A DNA stretch of 64,000 bases from the human T2T-CHM13v2.0 reference genome, Homo sapiens, in assembly GCF_009914755.1 (NCBI RefSeq), contig NC_060940.1, one strand, 5' to 3'. Below, piece after piece: positions 44,201 to 56,754 of the stretch. The notes beneath the pieces were generated by a model. That model had not been told where the DNA came from, made no database searches, and saw only the letters and a list, made by a program, of their open reading frames with translations. Position 1 is the stretch's first letter; every line of letters starts with the position of its first letter. Position numbers and translations under genes: made by a program.

Positions 44201-47200
44201 TGATTCCCTTTGATTCCATTCAAAGATGATTCCATTCTAGCCCATTCAATCATTCCATTCGATTCTATTCAATGATGATTCCATTCATGTCGATTTGGTG
44301 ATTCCATTTGACTTCATTTGATGATGATTCCTTTCAAGTTCATTAGATGATTCCATTCGATTCCATTTGATGATGATCCCATTCGAGTCCATTCAGTGAT
44401 TCCACTCGTTTCCATTCCATGATGATTCCATTCCATTCCATTTAATGATTCCATTCGATTCCGTTTGATGATGATTTCATTCGAGTCCATTTGATGATTC
44501 CATTTGATTCCATTCGATGATGATTCCATTCGAGTCCATTCGATGATTCTATTCGAATCCATTTGATGATTTCTTTTGATTATAGTTGGTGATGATTCCA
44601 TTGGAGTCCATTCAATGATTCCATTCTATTCCAATCGATGGTGATTCCATTAGAGTCCATTTAATGATTCCATTTGATTCCAGTCTCTGATGATTACATT
44701 CGAGTCCATACGATGATTCCACTCAATTCCATATGATGATGATTCCATTCGATTCCATTCGATGATTCCATTCTATTCTATTCAATGGTGATTCCATTCG
44801 AGTACATTAGATGATTCCATTCGATTCCATTCAATGATGATTCTATTTGTGTCCCTTAGATGATTCCACATGATTCCATTAGATGATGATACTATTTGAG
44901 CCCATCCAATGATTCCCTTCGATTCCATTCGATGAGGATTCCATTCGATTCAATTCATTGGTGATTCTATTCAATTCAATTCTTTGATTCCATTCCATTC
45001 CATTCGACAATGATTCCATTCGATTTCTTTCGATGATTCCACTCGATTCCCCTTGACATTGATTCCCTTCGATTCCATTCAATGATTCCATTTGATTCCA
45101 GTGGATGATGATTGCCGTCGATTCCATTCGATCACTCCATTCTGTTCCATTTGATGATGATTACATTCGATTCCATTTGATGATTCCATCTGATTCTATT
45201 CGAGGATTCCATTTGATTCCATTCGATGATGATTCCATTCGAGTCCATTCGATGGTTTCATTCGAGTACATCCAATGATTCCATTCGAGTCCATTTGATG
45301 ATTCCATTTGATTCCATTTCATAATGATTCTACTAGAGTCCATTCAATGACTCCATTGGAGTCCATTCAACACTTCCATTCGACTCCATTTGATGATTCC
45401 ATTCGATTCCATTTGATGATTCCATTCGAGTCCATTTAATCATTACAGTCGAGTCCATTTGGTGATTCCACTGGATTTCTTTAGATAATGATACCATTCA
45501 ATTACATTTGATGATGATCCCATTCAATTTCATTTGATGATGATTCCATTAGAGTCCATTCGATGATTTCATTCGAGTCCCTTCATTGATTCCATCCGAT
45601 TTCATTGGATGATGACTCCATTCGAGTCCATTCGATGATTCCACTCGATTCCATTAGATGACTCCATTGGAGTCCATTTGATTGTTCCATTCGATTCCAT
45701 TCGATTCCTTTCGAAGATTATTCCATTTGAGTCCATTCGATGATGATTCCATTCCATTCCATTCGATGATTCCGTTTGATTCCATTCGATGAATCCCTTC
45801 GATTCCTTTCTTTGATGATTCCATTCCATTCCATTCAATGATTCCATTCGAATCTATTCCATGATGATTTCTTTCGATTCCATTCGCTGATGTTTCCTTT
45901 CAATTCCATTCGATGATGATTCCATTCGATTCCATTCATTGAGGATTCCATTTGATTCCATTCAATGATGTTTCCGTTCTATTCCATTCAATGATTGCAT
46001 TCAATTCCATTCAATGATTATCCCCTTAGAGTAAACTCAACGATTCCATTCAATACCATTCGATGATGATTCCTTTTGAGTCCATTCAATGATTTCATTC
46101 AAGTCCATTTGATGATTCCTTTCAATTCCATTCTATGATGATTCCATTCGAGTCCATTCCATGATTCCATTCGATTGCATTCGATGATTCCATTATATTC
46201 CAGTCAACGATGATTCCATTCGAGTCCATTCGATGATTCCATTAGAGTACATTTAATGATTGCTTTGTTTTCAATTCGAAGATGATTACATTCGATTCCA
46301 TTCTATGATACCATTCGATTCCATTCAATGATGATTCCACTCAAATCCATTGGATGATTCCATTCGTGTCCATTCGGTGATTTCATTAGATTCCATTCGA
46401 GGATGATTCCATTCGATTCCATTCGATGATTCCATTCAATTCCATTCGATGATGATTCCATTCCAGTCCATATGATCATTCCATTTGATTTCATTCGATG
46501 ATGATTCCATTCGATTCCATTCGATGATTCCATTCTATTCCATTCGATGATGATTCCATTCGAGTCCATTCGATGATTCCATTCGAGTCCATTTAATGAT
46601 TCCATTGGGTTCAATTCAATGATGATTACATTGGATTCCGTTCTATGATTCCATTCAATTCCGTTCATTGACAATTTGATTCCATTCGATGATGATTCCA
46701 TTTGAGTTCATTCGATGATTCTATTCGATTCTCTTCGATGGTGATTCAATTCTATTATATTGGATGATTCCATTCGATTCCATTTGATGTTGATTCAATT
46801 CGATTCTATTCGATGATGATTCCATTGGATTTCACTTGATGATTCTATTCGATTCTATTCGATGATGATTCCATTAGATTTCACTTGATGATTCTATTCG
46901 ATTCCATTCAATGATGATTCACTTCTCGTCCATTGGATGATTCCATTTCATTCCATTCGATGATGATTCCATTCGATTCCATTCGATGATTCCATTTGAT
47001 TCCATGCGACGGTGAGCAATTCGATTCAATTCCATGATGATTCTATTTGATTCAATTAGATGATGTTTCCATTCGAATCCATTCCACGATTATTCCATTG
47101 GAATCCATTTGGCGATGATTCCATATGAGTGAATTCAATGATGATTCCATATGGGTCCGTTCGATGATAATTCCATTTGATTTCATTCAATGCTTCTATT

Positions 47201-47421
47201 CTATTCCAGTCGATGATGATTCCGTTGGAGTCCATACGATGATTCCATTTGATTTCATTTGATGATGATTCCATTCGATGATGATTACATTGGATTCCAT
47301 TCTATGATACCATTCAATTCCATTCGTTGATGATTCGATTCCATTCAATGATGATTCCATTTGAGTTCATTCGATGATTCTATTCGATTCCGTTCGATGG
47401 TGATTCAATTCTCTTATATTG
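41261..47421 (+). repeat. Isolated type A' unit (6,161 bp)
   Basis: It has the type A indel state (no 16-bp insert; 72-, 23- and 170-bp segments present) plus a 49-bp duplication at 46801-46898. Spacing 41396 to 47557 is 6161. Confidence 0.9.
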
Positions 47422-50400
47422 GATGATTCCACTCGATTCCATTTGATGATTATTCCATTGGGGTCCAATTAGTGAATTCTTTAGATTCTACTCGAAGATG
47501 ATTCCATTCGAGTCCATTCAATGATACCATTCAATTTCATTCGTTGATGCTTCCATTCAAGTGCATTCGATGATATCATTCGATTCCATTTGATGATAAT
47601 TCCATTTGATTCCATGCGATGATTCTATTCGATTCCATTCAATGATAATTCCATTCAATTCAGTGATTCCTCTGGACTCCATTTGATGATTATTCCATTC
47701 AATGATTCCATTCGATTCTATTCCAAAATGATTCCATTTGAATCCATTTGATGATGATTCCATTAGATTCCATTTGATGATTCCATTCGATTCCATTTGA
47801 CGATGATTCCATTCGATTCCATTTGATGATTCCATTCTATTCTATTCGATTATGATTCCATTCGATTCCATTTGATGATGATTGGATTCGATTCCATTTG
47901 ATGATTTCATTTGATTCCATTCGTTAATGATTTCGATCAACTCCATTCGATGATTCCATTTGATTCCATTCGATAATGATTACATCCGAGTCCATTCGAT
48001 GATTCCATTTGAGCCCGTTCGATAATTCCATTTGAGTCCAATCAATGATTCCATTCATTTCCATTCAATGATTCCATTCGAGTCCATTTGATCATTCTGG
48101 TAGGGTCCGTTCGATGTTGATTCCATTGGAGTGCATTCGATGATTCCATTCGAGTCCATTTTATGATTTGATTCGAGTCCTTTCGATGATTCCATTCGAT
48201 TCCACTCGATGATGATTTCATTCGAGTCCATTCGACACTTCCAATCGATTCCATTTGATGTTTCCATTCGAGTCCAATTGATGATTCCATTCAATTCCAT
48301 TCGATGATGATTCCGTACGATTCCATTCTGTGATGATTCCATGTGATTGCATTCAATGATGATTCCTTTCGATTGCATTCGATTATGATTCATTTCGTGT
48401 TCATTCTATGGTTCCACAGGTTTCCATTCGATGACGTTTCCGTTCGTGTCCATTCCATTATTCCATTCTATTTCATTTGATGATGATTCCATTCGATTCC
48501 ATTCATTGGTGATTCCACTCAATTCCATTCAATGATTCCATTCCATTTGTTTCAACAATGATTCCCTTAGTTTCTATTCGATGATCCACTTGATTCCATT
48601 TGGCGATGATTCCATTCGTGTCCATTCGATGATTCCATTTGATTCCATATGATGATGATTCCATTCGATTCCATACCATGATGATTCCATTCGAGTCCAT
48701 TCAATGGTGATTCCATTCAATTCCATTCGATGATTCCTTCCGATTCCATTCGATGATGATGGCATTCGATTCCTTTCAATCATTCCCTTTGATTCCATTC
48801 AAAGGTGATTTCATTCAAGTCCATTCGATAATTGCATTCGATTCCATTCTATGATGATTCCATTCGAGTCCATTTGATGATTCCATTCAATTCAAGTCAA
48901 TGATGATTCCATTCGATTCCACTCGATGATTCCATTGGATTCCATTCGATGATGATTCCATTCAAATCCATTCGATAATTCAATTCAAGTCCATTCGATG
49001 ATGATTCCAATCGAATCCATTCAAAGATTCCATTCAATTCCATTCGATGATGATTCCCTTAGATTCCATTCGATGATTCCACTTGATTCCATTTACGATG
49101 ATTCCATTCGATTCCATGTGATGAATCCATTCAATTCTATTCAATGATGTTTCCATTTGATTCCATTGGACCATGATTGCCTTTGATTCCATTCAATGAT
49201 TCCATTCGGTTCCATTTGATGATGATTCCGTTCGATTCCATTTCATTATTCCATTTGATTCCATTGGATGAGTCCGTTCGAATACATTCGATGATTATTC
49301 CATTCGAGTGCATTAGATGATTGCATTCGAGTCCATTCGATGATTCCATTCGATTCCATTCGATGTTGATTCTGTTCAAATCCATTCGATGATTCCACTC
49401 GATTCCATTCGATGACTCCATTTGATCCCATTCGATGATTTCCTGTGATTCCCTTTGATGATCATTCTATTTGATTCAATTCGGTGATTTCATTTCATTC
49501 CATTCAGTGATGTTTCCATTCGACTGTATTCGATGATGATTCCATTCGACTCCATTCGATTATGATTTCATTCAATTCCATTCAATAATGATTCCCTTCG
49601 AGTCCATTCGATGATTCCATTCGATTCCATTCAACGATGATTTGATTCGTTTCCATTCGATGATTCCATTTGATTCCACTTGATGATGATTCCATTCGAG
49701 TCCATTTGATGATTCCATTCGAGTCTATTTATGTATTATATTCGTGTCCACTTCATGATTCCATTCAATTCCATTTAATGTTGATTCCATTTGATTCCAT
49801 TTGATGATTCAGTTCGATTCCTTGCAATGATTCCCTACGATTCCTTTCTCTGATGATTCCATTCGATTCCATTCATTGATGATTTCATTCGACTCCATTC
49901 GATGATGATTCCTTTCGATTCCATTTGACGATGTTTCCATTCGAGTCCATTCGATGATGATTCTATTCAATTCTGTTCTATTATGATTCCATTCGATTTC
50001 ATTCAATGCTTCTATTTGATTCCATTCGATGATGATTCCATCTCTTTCCCTTCGATGATTCCATTTGATTCCATTCAGTGATGATTCCATTTGATTCCAT
50101 CTGATGATGATTTCACTTGATTCCTTTCAATGATGATTCAATTCAAGTCCATTCGATGATTCCATTGGAGTCCAAACGATCATTCCGTTCGATTCCATTC
50201 AATGGTGATTCCATTCATGTCCATTCGATGAATCCATTCAATTCCATTCGATGATGACTCCATTCGAGTACATTCGATGATTCCATTTGATTCCATTTGA
50301 AGATGATTCCATTCAATTCCATTCGAAGATGATTCCATTCAATTCCATTCGATGATGATTCCGTATGAATCCATTCTCTGATTATTCCATTCGATTCCAT

Positions 50401-51551
50401 TCATTGACGATTCCATTCAATTCCATTCAATGATGATTCTCTTCTATTCCATTCGATGATTCCGGTCGATTCCATTCGATGATGATTCCATTAGATTCCA
50501 TTCGATTGTTGCATTCGATTCCCTTCGATGATGATTCCTTTGAATTCCATTCGATTATCATTCCGTATGAATCCATTTGATGATTATTCCATTGGATTCC
50601 TTTCGATGATGATTCCATTCGATTCCATTTGATGATGTTTCTCTTGTATTCCATTGGATAATTCCTTTCAGTTCCCTTCGATGATTATTCTTTCGAGTCA
50701 ATTCGATGATTCTATTCCATTCCCTTCGATGATGATTCCATTTCACTCCATTTGATGATTCCATTCGACTCAATTTGGGGATGATTCAATTCGATGACAT
50801 TCGATGACTCCATTCAATTTCATTTGATGATGATTACATTCGAGTCCATTTGATGATTGTATTCCTTTCCTTTTGATGATTATTCCATGCGTGTCTATTC
50901 AAAGGTTCCATTCTATTCCATTCAATGATGATTGCATTTGATTCCATTCAATGATTATGGCTATCGATTCCACTCGTTGATTCCATTTGATTCCGTTCGA
51001 TGATTATTCCGTTAGATTCCATTAGAAGATTCCATTCGATTTTATTCAATGATTCCAATGGATTCCATTCAATGATGATTCCATTCGACTCCATTCAGTG
51101 ATTCCATTCGAGTCCATTTGATGATTCCATTCTTTTCCATTTGATGATGATTCCATTAGGGTCCATTCAATGATTCCATTCGAGTCCATTCGTTAATGCC
51201 TTTCGAGTCCTTTTGATCACTACATTCGAGTCCATTCAATGATTCTATTCGATTCCATTCCATGATGATTCCATTCGAGTTCATTCGATGATTGCATTCG
51301 AGTCCATTTGATGATTCCATATGATTCCATTCGACAATGATTCCATTCGTGTCCATTTGATGATTCCATTCATTTCCTATCGATGAAGATTCCATTCAAG
51401 TGTATTCGATGATTCCATTCAAATCCATTCGATGATGATTCCATTCCAGTCCATTCGATCATTCCACTTGATTCCATTTGATGACTATTCCATTCAAATC
51501 CATTTGATGATTCCATTCGATTCCATTCGATGTTACCATTCGAGTATATAC
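47422..51551 (+). repeat. Type B unit 3 (4,130 bp), with block X copy 3 at 49721-51551
   Basis: Spacing 47557 to 51687 is 4130. X markers lie +16131 from copy 2. Confidence 0.9.
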
Positions 51552-54500
51552 GATGATTCCACTCGATTCCATTTGATGATTATTCCATTGGAGTCCACTT
51601 AGTGAATCCTTTAGATTCTACTGGAAGATGATTCCATTCGAGTCCATTCGATGATACCATTCAATTCCATTCGTTGATGCTTCCATTCAAGTGCATTCGA
51701 TGATATCATTCGATTCCATTTGATGATAATTCCATTTGATTCCATGCGATGATTCTATTCGATTCCATTCAATGATAATTCCATTCAATTCAGTGATTCC
51801 TCTGGACTCCATTTGATGATGATTCCATTCAATGATTCCATTCGATTCTATTCGAAAATGATTCCATTTGAATCCATTTGATGATGATTCCATTGGATTC
51901 CATTTGATGATTCCATTCGATTCCATTCGATGATGATTCCATTCGATTCCTTTTGATGAATCCATTCTATTGTATTCGATGATGATTCCATTCGATTCCA
52001 TTCGATGATGATTGGATTCGATTCCATTTGATGATTTCATTTGATTCCATTCGATAAGGATTTCGATCAACTCCATTCAATGATTCCATTCGATTCCATT
52101 CGATAATGATTACATCTGAGCACATTCGATGATTCCATTTGAGCCCGTTCGATAATTCCATTTGAGTCCAATCAATGATTCCATTCATTTTCATTCAATG
52201 ATTCCATTCGAGTCCATTTGATCATTCCGGTAGGGTCCGTTCGATGTTGATTCCATTGGAGTGCATTCGATGATTCCATTCGAGTCCATTTTAGGATTTG
52301 ATTCGAGTCCTTTCGATGATTCCATTCGATTCCACTCGATGATTTCATTCGAGTCCATTCGACACTTCCAATCGATTCCATTTGATGTTTCCATTCGATT
52401 CCAATTGATGATTCCATTCAATTCCATTCGATGATGATTCCGTACGATTCCATTCTGTGATGATTCCATGTGATTGCATTCAATGATGATTCCTTTCGAT
52501 TGCATTCGATTATGATTCATTTCGTGTTCATTCTATGGTTCCACAGGTTTCCATTCGATGATGTTTCCATTCGTGTCCATTCCATTATTCCATTCTATTC
52601 CATTTGAAGATGATTCCATTCGATTCCATTCATTGGTGATTCCACTCAATTCCATTCAATGATTCCATTCCATTTCTTTCAACAATGATTCCATTAGTTT
52701 CTATTCGATGATCCACTTGATTCCATTTGACGATGATTCCATTCGTGTCCATTCGATGATTCCATTTGATTCCATATGATGATGATTCCATTCGATTCCA
52801 TACGATGATGATTCCATTCGAGTCCATTCAATGGTGATTCCATTCAATTCCATTCGATGATTCCTTTCGATTCCATTCAATGATGATGGCATTCGATTCC
52901 TTTCGATCATTCCCTTTGATTCCATTCAAAGGTGATTTCATTCAAGTCCATTCGATAATTGCATTCGATTCCATTCTATGATGATTCCATTCGAGTCCAT
53001 TTGATGATTCCATTCAATTCAAGTCAATGATGATTCCATTCGATTCCACTCGATGATTCCATTGGATTCCATTCGATGATGATTCCATTAAAATCCATTC
53101 GATAATTCAATTCAAGTCCATTCGATGATGATTCCAATCGAATCCATTCAAAGATTCCACTCAATTCCATTCTATGATGATTCCCTTAGATTCCATTCGA
53201 TGATTCCACTTGATTCCATTTACGATGATTCCATTCGATTCCATGTGATGATTCCATTCAATTCTATTCAATGATGTTTCCACTTGATTCCATTCGAACA
53301 TGATTGCCTTTGATTCCATTCAATGATTCCATACGGTTCCATTTGATGATGATTCCATTCGAGTGCATTAGATGATTCCATTCGAGTCCATTCGATGATT
53401 CCATTCGATTCCATTCGATGTTGATTCTGTTCAAATCCATTCGATGATTCCACTCGATTCCATTCGATGACTCCATTTGATCCCATTCGATGATTTCCTT
53501 TGATTCCCTTTGATGATCATTCCATTTGATTCAATTCGGTGATTTCATTTGATTCCATTCAGTGATGTTTCCATTCAACTCCTTTCGATGATGATTCCAT
53601 TCGACTCCATTCGATTATGATTTCATTCAATTCCATTCGATAATGATTCCCTTCAAGTCCATTCGATGATTCCATTCGATTCCATTCAACGATGATTTGA
53701 TTCGTGTCCATTCGATGATTCCATTTGATTCCATTTGATGATGATTCCATTCGAGTCCCTTTGATGATTCCATTCAATTCCATTCTCCGATGATTTCTTT
53801 TGAGCCCATTCAATGCTTCCACTCGATTCCATATGATGATGACTCCATTTGATGAAATTCCATGATGATTCCATTCGCTTGCATTCGATGATGATTCCAC
53901 TTGAGTCCGTTAGAAGATTCTATTCAATTACATTCCATGACGATTCTGTTCGAGTCCATTTGATGATTCCATTAGACTCCATTCGACGATGATTCCATTC
54001 GATGTTATTCGATGATGATTCCATTCAACTCCATTCGATGTTTCCATTCGAGTTCATTCTATTATTCCATTAGATTCCATTCGATGATGATTCCATTCGA
54101 TTCCATTTGATGATTGCATTCTATTTCATTTGATGATGATTCCATTCGAGTCCATTCGATGATTCCATTCGAGTCCATTTAATGAATCCATTGGTTTCAA
54201 TTCTATGATGATTACATTGGATTCCATTCGTTGATGATTTCATTCGATTCCATTCAATGATGATTCCATTCAATTCCATTCAATGATTCCATTCAATTCC
54301 ATACGATGATGATTCCATTTGATTTGATTCGACAGTGAGCCATTCGATTCAATTCCATGATGATTCTATTTGACTCCATTGGTTGACATTTCCATTCGAT
54401 TCCATTCGATGATGATTCCCTTTGATTCCATTCAAAGATGATTCCATTCTAGCCCATTCAATCATTCCATTCGATTCTATTCAATGATGATTCCATTCAT

Positions 54501-56754
54501 GTCGATTTGGTGATTCCATTTGACTTCATTTGATGATGATTCCTTTCAAGTTCATTAGATGATTCCATTCGATTCCATTTGATGATGATCCCATTCGAGT
54601 CCATTCAGTGATTCCACTCGTTTCCATTCCATGATGATTCCATTCCATTCCATTCAATGATTCCATTCGATTCCGTTTGATGATGATTTCATTCGAGTCC
54701 ATTTGATGATTCCATTTGATTCCATTCGATGATGATTACATTCGAGTCCATACGATGATTCCACTCAATTCCATATGATGATGATTCCATTCGATTCCAT
54801 TCGATGATTCCATTCTATTCTATTCAATGGCGATTCCATTCGAGTACATTAGGTGATTCCATTCGATTCCATTCAATGATGATTCTATTTGTGTCCCTTA
54901 GATGGTTCCACATGATTCCATTTCATGATGATACTATTTGAGCCCATCCAATGATTCCCTTCGATTCCATTCGATGAGGATTCCATTCGATTCAATTCAT
55001 TGGTGATTCTATTCAATTCAATTCTTTGATTCAATTCCATTCCATTCGACAATGATTCCATTCGATTTCTTTCGATGATTCCACTCGATTCCACTTGACA
55101 TTGATTCCATTCGATTCCATTCAATGATTCCGTTTGATTCCAGTGGATGATGATTGCCATCGATTCCATTCGATCACTCCATTCTATTCCATTTGATGAT
55201 GATTACATTCGATTCCATTTGATGATTCCATCTGATTCTATTCGAGGATTCCATTTGATTCCATTCGATGATGATTCCATTCGAGTGCATTCGATGATTT
55301 CATTCGAGTACATCCAATGATTCCATTCGAGTCCATTTGATGATTCCATTTAATTCCATTTGATTATGATTCTACTAGAGTCCATTCAATGACTCCATTC
55401 GAATCCATTCAACAATTCCATTCGAGGCCATTCGATGATTCCATTTCATGATTCCATTCGAGTCCATTTAATCATTACAGTCGAGTCCATTTGGTGATTC
55501 CTTTCAATTCCATTCTATGATGATTCCATTCGAGTCCATTCGATGATTCCATTCGATTGCATTCGATGATTCCATTATATTCCATTCAACAATGATTCCA
55601 TTCGAGTCCATTCGATGATTCCATTAGAGTACATTTAATGATTGCTTTGTTTTCAATTCGAAGATGATTACATTGGATTCCATTCTATGATACCATTCGA
55701 TTCCATTCAATGATGATTCCACTCAAATCCATTGGATGATTCCATTCGTGTCCATTCGGTGATTTCATTAGATTCCATTCGAGGATGATTCCATTCGATT
55801 CCATTCGATGATTCCATTCAATTCCATTCGATGATGATTCCATTCCAGTCCATATGATCATTCCATTTTATTTCATTCGATGATGATTCCATTCGATTCC
55901 ATTCGATGATTCCATTCTATTCCATTCGATGATGATTCCATTCGAGTCCATTCGATGATTCCATTCGAGTCCATTTAATGATTCCATTGGGTTCAATTCA
56001 ATGATGATTACATTGGATTCCGTTCTATGATTCCATTCAATTCCGTTCATTGACAATTTGATTCCATTCGATGATGATTCCATTTGAGTTCATTCGATGA
56101 TTCTATTTGATTCTCTTCGATGGTGATTCAATTCTATTATATTGGATGATTCCATTCGATTCCATTTGATGTTGATTCAATTCGATTCTATTCGATGATG
56201 ATTCCATTGGATTTCACTTGATGATTCTATTCGATTCCATTCAATGATGATTCACTTCTCGTCCATTGGATGATTCCATTTCATTCCATTCGACGATGAT
56301 TCCATTCGATTCCATTCGATGATTCCATTTGATTCCATGCGTCGGTGAGCAATTCGATTCAATTCCATGATGATTCTATTTGATTCAATTAGATGATGTT
56401 TCCATTCGAATCCATTCCATGATTATTCCATTGGAATCCATTCGGCGATGATTCCATATGAGTCAATTCAATGATGATTCCATATGGGTCCGTTCGATGA
56501 TAATTCCATTTGATTTCATTCGGTGCTTCTATTCAATTCCAGTCGATGATGATTCCGTTGGAGTCCATACGATGATTCCATTTGATTTCATTTGATGATG
56601 ATTCCATTCGATGATGATTACATTGGATTCCATTCTATGATTCCATTCAATTCCATTCGTTGATGATTCGATTCCATTCAATGATGATTCCATTTGAGTT
56701 CATTCGATGATTCTATTCGATTCCGTTCGATGGTGATTCAATTCTCTTATATTG
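51552..56754 (+). repeat. Type C' unit 3 (5,203 bp), carrying a 650-bp deletion
   Basis: 5863 -10 -650 = 5203, matching spacing 51687 to 56890. Confidence 0.88.
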
